Of a stretch of 64,000 bases of DNA, positions 13,180-28,061 are shown in pieces. Both the position numbers and the translations under genes were made by a program. Numbering within the stretch: position 1 is the first letter of the stretch; each line of letters begins with the position of its first letter. Origin of the DNA: the human T2T-CHM13v2.0 reference genome, Homo sapiens. Where the stretch lies: assembly GCF_009914755.1 (NCBI RefSeq), contig NC_060932.1; one strand, 5' to 3'. The notes under the pieces were generated by a model. It ran no database searches. It saw nothing but the letters and a program-made list of their open reading frames with translations, and was not told where the DNA came from.

Positions 13180-13410
13180 GTATGTGCTTTAACATTTCTT
13201 TAGTGAGATTCTGCTTGTGGAAAGTGATTTAATACTGAAAATATTTTTGTTTAACCCTAATCTTTGAAAAATTATTTCAAAAGGGGTAGAATTATTGACT
13301 TTTTGTTATTTTCTTTTAGCACATTGAAAATAGCATCCTACTGTTTCTGGTTTCCATTGTCAATATTAAAAAGCATGTCAGTCTACCATTTTTGCTCCTC
13401 TTAAAGAAAA
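13180..13410 (-). mobile_element. L1ME ORF1-region fragment
   Basis: gttattttcttttagcacattgaaaatagcatcctactgtttctggtttccattg is typical antisense old-L1 ORF1. Confidence 0.55.
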
Positions 13411-14846
13411 TAACTATGACAATCTGCCAGTAAATACAATTCACCAAAATATACTTTTGTTTGGGTTATACTCCTGGAGCAGCCCAAGAAAGTTATGCTG
13501 ATATATTACTTTATAGCACATTACATACATATAAAAGAGTCATCTAAGGCAAGAGATTTAAAAAGTAGCACATCTTTTATTTGGAAGGTAGTCTAATATA
13601 TAGTCCTACCCACTGGGCTTTTGAACTGCTGTACCAGTCACATAAAATATGAACCAATATGAGAGTTGTTATTGTACACTAAAACTAATTTATTTCTCCC
13701 TTGAATATTTTTATATATTTTATGAGCTTATTCATATAAATACAGAATGAGAATAATGCTATAATTTGTTGAGAAAACAGCCATACTATAGAGTAAGCTT
13801 TTCATTTTTCCAAACTTCAGTTAAAGATTTTCTTCTTTTCAATTCTATTCATCCTAAGAAGTCATTTTTACCAAAATAGAAAAAGATAAGATCTATAAAA
13901 ATATATATCATAGCTATAATATTTTAGAACTTGTTTCTACTCACCATCTCATTTTTATTTACATCATGATTGTTTTCAGCAGAATACAGACTGAAAAAAA
14001 TACTAATGTAAACATCCTAAAATATATTGTGTTCAAAAAAGTAATATTTACATAGACTATGACAGCGTATTTCCAAATTTAATCATTTGGAACATATGTC
14101 CAGGGACATTAATCATAAAAATAAAACAATAAGGTATGTCTTTAGATTTATCACACAGGTAGATAAGACTGACATTTTTGTCACCCATGTTAGAATTCTG
14201 TGTCTAATGGAATTTTAGGCAGGAATTAACTTTTTCATGTGAACTGAATGACACAAATATTCATAAATATGCACAGCAGTGATGAATTATGAAGAACGCA
14301 AGCTAAAAGATCTTTATCCTAAATATCTAATAAATATTTCTTAATTATTTTATCCTAGTAACTCTGGGTAAGAAACTTAACATAGCAGGGCGTAATGCCA
14401 TCTAATTTTATATGCAATTTATCATAAAGTGTTTTAAGATGAAAGTTCACAAAACTACACAGTAAATTACATTAGTTTTCTAGTCACTAGTATGTGAAAT
14501 ACTGTGCAAAAGAGATGTCAAAAACGTTTCTTTTTGCCTCCTACTCTGAAAAATTGTTGCTGACAAGAATTTCAGATAGGAAAGGAATGTGAAGTAAAAT
14601 GGTAGCAAGTCAGTTCAACAGAACATCAATCATTTAATTTTTTATTTGCTATAAAAATTGCTAATGAATCATTCATTTCCTGATGCAGTTCTCATATGTG
14701 ACTGTAATTTTAACAAAAGCTAAAATTTGTGTATTTTATTTTCTTATTGCAAGAATTGCTAATCAATGAAATAACCAATTTTTTAGAAATGATTTTGTTA
14801 ACTCAATATCCAAACCAACATGGTAATTAATTTAAAATTATCATGA

Positions 14847-15205
<359 letters not shown>

Positions 15206-15329
15206 TTCAGCTTAGCAAAATTTATGTTACCAAATTCTGGGCAATAAGACTTAAAGCTAGTTCTAGAAGTATGCTTTTTGAAATGGGAGAGAGAAGGAAA
15301 AAAAAGAGAGAGAGAGAATTTAAAAGTGG

Positions 15330-15625
15330 ATAGTTTCTTTTAGCCTCTTTTTCCTATGGGTATTTTCTGGTCATATAATCTGAAATGGCTATAGCCATCT
15401 TGAACCAAGAATGGCTTTAAAACAAAATCAAAGCTTCAGAGATAGCAAAGAATAAAGATGTAAAGAATGCGAGTAATATACCATGTCTTTAAATCACTGA
15501 ATTTTACCAATCCTGGTGCCACCACCATTCCTTGGGATTTTTTTAATGTGAGATTATAAATCTTATTGCTTAAATCACTTTGAGTTGGATTTTCCACTAA
15601 TGGGAAATGAAATATATGCTAATTT
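15330..15625 (+). mobile_element. Old MaLR LTR (MLT1I/J/K-like)
   Basis: atggctatagccatcttg...ttgcttaaatcactttgagttggatttt matches the end of old MLT1 LTRs. Confidence 0.5.
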
Positions 15626-15997
15626 GCTCACCTTACTGGAGAAATGAAGAAGCTATGGACCATAGGAAATAAGGAACTAAGTAAAATCCCCCTAGTTACT
15701 GAAGAGGATATTTAGGATGAAAACCTAATATGCCTACATCTACAATCTATCCTCATTCTATTACAGCATGGGAACTAACCTATGGCCATAGTGGAAGTTA
15801 TTAGGTACACTGAAAACTTCAGCTCCTTTCTGTTACCCTTTATCCCCCATAATATCACTGTTCACTATTGTCACTTTTTGGAAAGCTTAATTCAAAGAAA
15901 ACTAGCATACATTAAAGTATGTCCTTTTCAGACAATTTTAAAGTGAATGATAAAAACTGGTATGTTAATTTGTAGGGAATGATTCTTAATGAAAATA

Positions 15998-16511
15998 CAA
16001 TTTTGACCCTTAAACAACACAAAGATTAGGGGTATTGACCCCCACACAGTCAAAAATCTGCATATATTTTTTGAGTTCCCAAAAACTTAATTACCAGTAT
16101 CCTACTGTTGATCAGAAGTGTTACTGATAACATAAATAACATTAGTATTAATACATAATCTATTTGTGAAAGAATACTATATATATATTGTATTCATACA
16201 ATAAAGTAATCTAGAAAAATGAAAATGTTATTAAGAAAATCATAAGAAACAGATAACATATTTACTACTCATGAAGTGAAAGTGGATCATCATAAAGGTC
16301 ATCATCCTTGTCATCTTCACGTTCAGTAGGCTGAGGATGAGGGTGAAGAGGATAGGTTGGTCTTGCTGTTTCAAGGTTGGAGAAGTAGAAGAAATGGAGG
16401 ATGTAAAAGATGAGGCAGGAGAGGCAGGCACACACAGTGTAACTTTTATTGAAAAAAATCTATGTGCAAGTGGACCCTAACAATTCAAACCCATGATGTT
16501 AATTCTAACTG
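15998..16511 (-). mobile_element. Tigger2-family non-autonomous DNA transposon (Tigger2a-like)
   Basis: TIR caattttgacccttaaacaacac after TA; opposite end ttcaaacccatgatgtt...aactg; internal gtggatcatcataaaggtc. Confidence 0.85.
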
Positions 16512-17112
16512 ACACAAAACAGTAAAAGTTTTCTTCTGTATATTTTTGGTTTGCTGCAAAAAATACACAGTGCCTCAAATACCAAATTGTTATACTATTA
16601 GCTTTAAATATTAAAACAAATTAGTTGCCTTCTTTTAGGTATATATTTTCTCAAAAAGTGATGTGTATTTGTTTAAAAAAACTCAGAAACCTTACTTTTG
16701 TTTTAGAGATTCACAAGTATTCAATGAAACATTGATTTTAAATTTTTAAAATGCTCTTCATGGCAAAACAATCATCTCTTCATAATATTCTTTCTATTGC
16801 TTCTTTTCTCATCATTCTTAAATAAAGCCTTTGCATATTAAAAGTTATAGGCTTTTGCAGATAGGCATATAATAACATGGGTTTTCTTTTTTTTTTTTTT
16901 TCATTTCTTTTTAGCCAGTTGGGAGTAACATGTAGAGCATGTTGACAAAATTATTTAAAGAAGGATTTTCATTGAATTAACTGCTTTTACATTTTTTTCT
17001 GTTGCACATTAAACAATTGCCTGCAGCACATTGCAAAAATAAAAAAGTCCGTTTACATTTAAATGTTACTAAGAAAATTTCAAGATTAGGATTCAATTAT
17101 TTTTTAATAATA

Positions 17113-17433
17113 CAGTCATGTGCTGCATAATGATGTTTCAGTCAACAGTAGAATGGATATACAACAGTGGTTTTACTGTACCTTTTTTGTTTAGATATGT
17201 GTAGAGACACAAATACTTATCACTGCATTACAATTGCCTATAGTATTCCATACAGTAACATGCCCTACAGGAGCTTGTGTGGAAGGAATAGGCTATACCA
17301 TACACCTTGGGTGTGTAAAAGACTATATCATCAAGGTTTGCACTTAGGTACACTATGTGATGTTCTCACAATGCCAAAATTGCCTAATTGTACAACTCTC
17401 AGAACACATTCCCAACGATAAGTGATGCACATA
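17113..17433 (+). mobile_element. Tigger3a (MER7A/Golem) DNA transposon
   Basis: TA|cagtcatgtgctgcataatgatgtttc start; internal caattgccta...aataggctatacca; end taagtgatgca. Confidence 0.85.
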
Positions 17434-18027
17434 TATTTACTGGCTCGGTCTAATAATTTTCCCTTTGTTTTGCTGATATTTTATCCTTTGTTTCCCATCA
17501 AAAATTTGTCACATAAAGTAAACAAAATTACTCTATTTCCTTAATAAGGAAGGTAAAAACTTTCGAAAAAGCACGTTAGCAGGGAAGCAAAAGGATGTGG
17601 CTTGTAAATTAAAAAATAGTCTTGGGTCTGCAGGCTGGGATCTTTGAGCACTACATTTATCTCAGTGGCTTTTCCTGAAGTTCATATAAATGAGCTTTGT
17701 GCTTCACAGGCTTTGTTCTCCCCTCCTCTGCTAGCGGATATTACCACTTGGAAGTGTGTGTGTGTATGTGTTTTTTTTCTTTTCTTTTTTTCGGTTGTGT
17801 TTTCTGTGAGCCAGTCAGGATAGTCAGGGATCATATATACCTGGGCAGCCTTCTCCTTATCTATATCTTCCCTCTTTGATAATGGCAAAGATGTCCAGGC
17901 CTCCTCAAGAAGTAGAAAGATTAACAATTTTTTAATATAAAATGCCTTCTCTAGTTCTTGGATAGTAAGACCTCAAGAAGTATTAGTGAATATTGATGAT
18001 GATAATTATTATCAGTAGCCTTTAATA

Positions 18028-20470
<2,443 letters not shown>

Positions 20471-20555
20471 TAACCACTTGCACATATTAATGTCCATGAA
20501 AAAATAGTGCAATGATCATTTTTAAATATCCTAAGACTCTTTTTATTATTCATGA

Positions 20556-21043
20556 CTATATTGGGCTAAATAGTGGCTACTGAAGGAGATCAGTTCCCAA
20601 TCACTAGAATCTGTAAACATTACTTTAAAAGAAAAAAAAAAAAGGCCTTTGTAGATATGATTAAATTAAGGATTGTGAGATTGGAAGATTATTCTGGATT
20701 AGCAGGATGGATCCTGATAATAAGGGTATCTTTACAAGAGGGATGCAGAAGGAGATTTGATATAGACAGAAGAGGAAAAGTTCATGTAATTACAGAGGGA
20801 GAGATAGGAGTGATGTGGCCACAAACCAAGGAATGCCTGCAGGCACCATCAGAGCTGGACAAGACAAGGATGCATTCTCTCCCAGAACCTCCAGAGGCAG
20901 CACAGCCATGCTGAAATCTTAATTATGGTCCAGTGATACCAATTTTGGACTTCTGGCTGCAGAACTATGAGAGAATAAATTTCTGTGATTTTAAGCCACC
21001 AACTTTGTGATAATTCATTACAACAGCCAAAGGAATGAATACA
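20556..21043 (+). mobile_element. MLT1 (MLT1D-like) MaLR solo LTR
   Basis: ctttgtagatatgattaaattaagg...ccaaggaatgc...ggacttctgg...gagaataaatttctg...ttttaagccac...aataca. Confidence 0.85.
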
Positions 21044-23036
21044 ATGATGTAACCACAAAAAGAAATACACTCTGAGTTATTTTAAATGGTCATACACACC
21101 ATCTGTATACCTCTTCTCAAAAATAGGCAGTTCTTTGTGTCAGTCATTCTTCAGATACCCTAAATTAGGAAACCATAGGAGTCGTTCATATAGAGTGATG
21201 ATGGGTACTTTATTCCCATTTCATGTACTTACATACATCAAGTACCTTGCCTATTAAGTTATGAATTTGATCCTGTATAATTATCTTATACTTCCTATTA
21301 TATGTAGGTAAATATATTCTATTAGGGATTCATAAGACTACTGTTTATTGTAATTTTTGTGCCCCCAAAACTCTCTCTTTCCTTAAAAACTATAAACTGT
21401 ATATGGGGAAGTTCGTAAATAAGCATACACCATCCAAATGGAAATAGGTTTATATTGACTATGACCTAGTTATTTGCAGCCTTTGTTTCAATTCTGATTG
21501 ACAGCCAAGGTAAAAAATACTTCAATTTAGGGGGCATGAGCCTATAAGTCTTTACAGAGGGAAACTTCTGTTCATGGTGAAGAGAAAGTTTTATCTGTGT
21601 AAAGATTACGGTGAGATTTTTGGCTTGCATATGACCTTCTTAGTTCCACTTGTGAAATATTTCAAATGATTTTCAATCATTTTTGTGATTCAACATTATT
21701 TCCATACTATATCAAAATATTCTCTTAATTTTATATATTTTTTCTTTTTATGATTATGAATGATTCTTGACAGAATAACTACTTCAGAAAGTTGGACTTT
21801 CAAAGGACAATCTCCTTTAAATGATTTGGATGCAAAGTTTGCCATTGCACTGTAATTTACATTTGCTGAATGATTACCAGAAAAAAAAGCTCTATAAAAA
21901 TCAAAATGGAATGAAGTATCTTTTAAACAGGAGACAATACAACTACATTCCTGAATAGAAACCACTTCAGAAAACAAATGACAAGGCTTCAACCTAAATT
22001 AAGTAAAATCAAAACTGTAGAAAAATTATAGGATGCTGTCAGACAGCATGTGAAAACCACACACTGGAAAATTCCAAATAAGTGCAAATTACTGTATACC
22101 AAGTTTGTTTTCCTAGTCATTTCATCACATTAAGACTTGAAAAACAATGAAAATTGCTATGGTATTTGCTTTTGTCTTTTTGCCTCTTAACGTGCCTCTA
22201 AAGGAGTCTTCAGTGTCTAGTAATATATATTGTTTAACATAAAATTAAAACCCATTTTTGGCTGATATAATTAGCATGGTCAAGTACTAATTTACTAAGG
22301 ACTGAAAGTGTTATTATGAAATATTTTCAAACTAGAATTTATGTTTGTTGCATCAGATGATCACTAGCTTAGGAATAGGAACTTGCACATGCATCCAACA
22401 GAAATTACTCTTGAAAGTCCAAGTAAAACGAGAATTACAGAATGCTGCCAGGATTATGTGCTGGAAGATTAAAGAATGTGGTCACAAATTCCAGGCGATC
22501 TAATTCTGTTTGACACTTAAGAAAAAAAAATGTAAATTGTAAAAAATGTAAATGTATTCTTTATTGGCTCATTCAGATGTCTTGCAAAGAGAATTCACTC
22601 AGAAAACAGAGAAACCTAAATTCTATCACATTAATACTAGATATTCCTAGAGCATAAATTCATTTCTGGCATATAATGATTAATTAAATGGAGAGTTTCC
22701 AAATACACCATGACATTCTACTTCAAGTATAATTTATGAGAGCTAATGCCATTTTTGCAAGCCCTGTGAGTTCAACAGTCTATAAATCTAGATAATAACC
22801 ATTATGTTTCCACTTTTTGTTAGATTTTTATAAACTTTGTAGATCTGACTAAAAGATAAGGTTATATATTCCTAACATATGAATTCTAAACAAATGTTAA
22901 CCTACTTCAAATCTAGCGATGTGACTGACAAAATGTTTTTAAGCTGCAGTTGCTGGAGAAGTTCTGAGCATCTGAATAAAAATTTCTTTTGAGAATTCAA
23001 GTACTACTCAGGGAAAATTGTCATAAAAATCTCTAA

Positions 23037-23408
<372 letters not shown>

Positions 23409-24199
23409 GAGAATATTACTTTTGAAAACTAAGCTTAAACTAGTAAAATACTTTAGAAAAAAATGAAGGTAATAACATTATTTTGTTCAATGTTCTAGAC
23501 CCATTCTGTTGTCTTTAGGTGCTTGGACAAATTCTCCAAGAACTTCATACACTGATTTTTTGCTTGAGTCACTGTTCCCTTAATCTCTACCTGATTAAGT
23601 CCCATTCTTCCTTCTGATTTCAGTTTGCATGTGACTTCAAGGTAAATTTCTCTTCAAAGTCATGCCTGACTACCACCCTGTCATCAGAGATGTAATTAGT
23701 GGGTAATCTGTGTTTTCGCTCTGCCCTTAACTTACATTATCAAAATACAGCAATTGCCACATATAAATGCTATTTATGCCGCATTCCTACAGGGCCATTA
23801 ACCCTCTAACTTAAGGAACCCTGTCTGTCCTTATCACCTAGGCTTAAACAAGTTATTCAAAATAAAAGCTGTTCAAAAACTATTGTCAACTGATTGAATG
23901 AATACATTAAGGAGAAAGTGGGTGAATAGAAAGAACGCTGGGTTTAAATGTTTGTGTTCCTGGTTTTTTGAAGAAGAGGTGAAAGATTCTGTCATTTCTA
24001 TACCCTGCCAGCAGACGCAATGGCCCCCAATTAGTGAAAATTCAGAATTAGTTTTCCCATTTACTGAATCACCATTAGGCAAAATAAACTTCACACTGAG
24101 TAATACAGAAGACTTCAATTGTTTTCTTGAAAGATTATCTCAACTTTTTGACCAAGACCATATTTTATAAATCTAAGTTTAATGTAACCCCTAATTCTT

Positions 24200-24640
24200 T
24201 CATACCATTTGACAGAATATAAATTGCTTCAACCTTTTGAAGTAGAACTTCTAAATGACACAAAATGCAAAACACATATACATTTGGACCTAGCAATTCT
24301 AACACCATGCAAAAACACAGGTACAAAAATATTCAAGTGTGCATATTATTGAATAATTAAAGACAACCCAAACTTCATCTTTCAGAAACTGGCTAAATAT
24401 TAATAAATTATGGTACAATTAGATACTATGCAGCTATTTAAATCAATGAAGATGAATTGACTATATTGATATGAAAGAATATTTCAAACTTGTTAGATGA
24501 AAGAAAGCACATTACAGAACAACATATAGACTGTGATTGTATTTTTTCTGTACACATATGCATATATATTCATTTGTAATTCATTAAATAAATATTTCTT
24601 GAGGAATTACTATAGGTTAAGAAGTGCTCTGTGCAGAGGA
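24200..24640 (+). mobile_element. L1ME 3' fragment
   Basis: tttggacctagcaattct...ggctaaat...aaattatggtac...atactatgcagct...ttacagaacaacatatag. Confidence 0.6.
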
Positions 24641-24659
24641 TATAAAGTGATAAATTAGT

Positions 24660-27600
24660 TATGATGGGTAATAATACATCCATGTTTGCATGCTCATTGG
24701 GATGATGCAACTAGGTGAGGGTGGGGCTCGAGGCTGGAATAAACAGTGTTCTTGAATAAATGAAGATGGATAAGTCGCATCCACAGTGACAGGGTTGGAC
24801 TTAGATATGAGTAGAGAGAGTCCATCCATCATAACAGGAAGGCAGAGTCTGAGTACATCACAAATAATATTGAAAATGTTGTGGTAGGAAGATGATATGG
24901 TATCCTTATCATGCTTCTGGTTTCTCAGAGAAACAAAAAGCAAGGTAATAAAATGAGAGAAAAATAGACAAATTTGGGTGTTTGTGGAGAAAGAGACATG
25001 AAATAGTTTTCTGAGAGAGTTGGGGAGGAAACTCCCTACTCAAATGGAGTAGGTTTGATATAAGAGTGAGTTGATTGCTACTACAGATAGGAAAGTCAGA
25101 GTAGGCTTCTCTGTGGGGGGGTTGGGGGTACATTTAACCAAAGAACTAAACAAAAATGAGTCATCCATGAAAATATCAAGAAAAAGATCATTTCAGGAAG
25201 AAGGAAAAGCAAACAACACATCTTAAGGCAAGAACAAACTTTTGTTTAAGGCCGTAAAATCAGACCAGTGCTTTTTGGTCATGTGTGTGAGAGAGAAGGT
25301 GTTGTAAGATATGGTAGAAGAATTAGGCAAGAGCCAAATCCTGTTAGCCTCTGTAAACTAAGTTAAGAATACTAGATTTATAGCATATGCAGTTATGTGT
25401 TAAATAGACATTCCAGTTTGGTTTAGTACAGTATCTAAAAACTGGGCACAATAGGAGGCAAGTGCCATGAGATCCCAAATGATGCACTTGACCAACCATA
25501 AACTTTTTCATGGGGTAGATCAAAGCCTACTTTATAAACCTTACTTGATAACCATCCTCTAGGTCATATCAAAATAGTGGAAGACTGTTTTCTTTCATTG
25601 AAAGGCTGATAAAAGACTGAGAGTTTGTATCAGAGTGCCTGATTCCCTGTATCCATTCACTCATTTCCCCTACCATGTCTTTTGGCTCAACAAAGTTGGG
25701 AGCTGGGTGACATGATCTCACCAAAGAAGTGTGCCTGTCAGAATGATGTGACCCAATCATAAGGAATCCACATGGGATGAAGAATCGCACGGAAGAACTG
25801 AGAGGTGAGTTATAAATGGTCAGTTGGTAGGATATAATTTGGCCAATAAAAAATATATTTCTGTAAATCTCATTTGATGGATTTCAAAAAACAAACAAAC
25901 AAACAAAAAACACACAAACATCTGTTCCACAGGAGGCTACAACAGCAGATACAATAGAAGGAGTCACATAAGACTTTTCCATTTCTTCTAAACCCTTCCT
26001 TTCTTTACACCAGATTCTGGGGAAGTCAGGAATAGCAGCTATCAAGTCAGGGAGGAGAGAAAGGAAAAGACAAAACAAAACATATTCTTCTTCTCGGCAA
26101 AAGCCTTAAAAAAATATGATTCATGCCTGAGCTGTAGAGGGAGAAACTTTAAATTACATGACAGATTGAAGTGTTTTTATATTTCATTTTTCTGGCCTTT
26201 TTTAATACCAGAAAACAAGACTCCTCATCAATACATGACTGCAAATAGAAAAATCTATAGAATTAGCTAAAAAAAAAAATTCCTGAGATGGAGAGGAAAA
26301 TTCCAAAAGAGTAATTTTGAATGGCAGCTGTGAGACAGTATGGAGATGTTTCCTTCTTTACTCATTCTAAGTCCAACTCATTTAATGACTGAGTCATATG
26401 TATGTTACGACAGGAGGCTTTTGAAGGGTTTTAGTCAGGGAATGACATTTTTTGATCAATAGATTGAACATATCACTTTACTGGCTGTGTTGGAAACAGG
26501 TTGCTGTAGAGGAGGAGACAAAGTAAGGGGGCAAATTATGGAGCAGTGACAATAGTCCAGACAAAAGATGGTGGTAGCTTGGTCTAAAATGGTTATTGAT
26601 AGAGATTGAGATAAAGAGACAGTTCTGTGATATACTTTGAAGGTAGAATCAATATGACCAGACGATCTGGGAGTGAGGCATAATAAGAAATGAAGAGCAA
26701 CTGCTATATTTTTGGCTCAAACAATAAAGCACTGAAATTTAATGAGACAAAGAAAATTGGGCAAGGAGCAGAGTGCCATTCAAGAGATAAATCAATGGTT
26801 CTGTTTTGGTCATATTAAATTTGAGATGTCAAGTAGACATCCATTTGGAGATGTGACATTTGGAATGGGTTGTAAGAGTCTGCAGTTGTGGAGGGAAGGC
26901 AGGAATAAATTTGTAGATTTTGGAGTCTTCAGCACACAGTATTTAAAGCCCTTACTTTAAAACAAGTTATCCAGGAAGAATGAATATAAAGAAAAGAGTA
27001 AGGGAGCCAAGACAGAAAAATGTGGCAATACAATATTTGGAGTTCAAGAAAACAAGAGAAACAAGAAGGAAACTGAGGAGGCACAGTGGTCAAGCAGGTA
27101 GAGAGAAAAACAAGAAAACATTTTTCCTCAAAGCCATGAGAAGAAAATATTTCAATAACTGAGTGAACAGTCTTGTTAGATGCTGATGAAAACAAAATCA
27201 AAATAAAATTGAATTTAGTACAAAGTAAGTCATTAATGATCTTCGCAATTATTCTCAGTTAACTGAAGAGGAATCCAGGGTTTAGGGAGATAAGGAGAAA
27301 ATGGATGATGGTCAAATCCACACCCAAAATACAGATAAATCATTCTATCAAGAAGTGAATGGAAAACAAAAAGTTAAATAAGCCAGAAGAGGATGTATGT
27401 TCAAGAGCTGGAAGAGGAGGAGGAAGAGGACAAGGAGGAGAAAGATGAAGAAAGAAGTTAGTAAGCACTCAAAAACATGTTTGAGTACTGCTAAGAATGA
27501 TCAATGGAGATGGATGATTCAATTATGCAGGGTGGAGAGTGAGAATAAAAGAGTGACATTGCTGAAAGTTTAAAAGGTATTCAAAACTAGCATGAAATTT

Positions 27601-27720
27601 CAGGCTATGGCCCTGATAGAAGTACAGTTTGTTTTTGTTTTTTTTTTTTTTTTCAGCTATAAGAACAAAAGCAGGGAGTTAGGGCAGAGGTAGATTATTT
27701 TTATTATAGTGAGATGATGA
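24660..27720 (-). mobile_element. L2 LINE fragments, split by a ~1 kb insert at 25397-26410
   Basis: Purine-rich antisense L2 motifs (gttctgttttggtcatattaaatttgagatg...agacatcca; aatagtccagacaaaagatggtggtagcttgg). Confidence 0.7.
25397..26410 (+). mobile_element. Probable ancient LTR (Gypsy-like, family unassigned)
   Basis: About 1 kb interrupting a contiguous L2; begins near tgt and ends agtccaactcattt...tgttac. Confidence 0.4.
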
Positions 27721-28061
27721 CATCCCCATGCAATAGCTTTTATTTATTTTCAAATGAACTGCTTTAGACACTGAAATTTTCATCTCTAATTTCAAGAAAC
27801 TAATTCTCAAAAGTATAGATTATTTTTGCCAATTCAGCTGGCAAAGTCCTTATGATGAGCATTCTTCTCTTTTCTGAGCAATAATAGCAGATCTAATCTA
27901 TCATTGCTTTTTTTCACTTTTCTTGAGTGCTCAGGAAACTACTAGTGAACTTGTATACAGGATTAATTTGGAAAACCATATCTGAAATTACATCTGCTAT
28001 TTCTGTTTTCAGTCCACAGATTTCTTGGCAGTTTTTCTTTTATGCTATGAATTTGATGTTT

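Noticed and set aside
21696-21992. Possible coding exon in unique sequence
   Set aside because: No recognisable protein in the frames I read and no convincing acceptor-donor pair.
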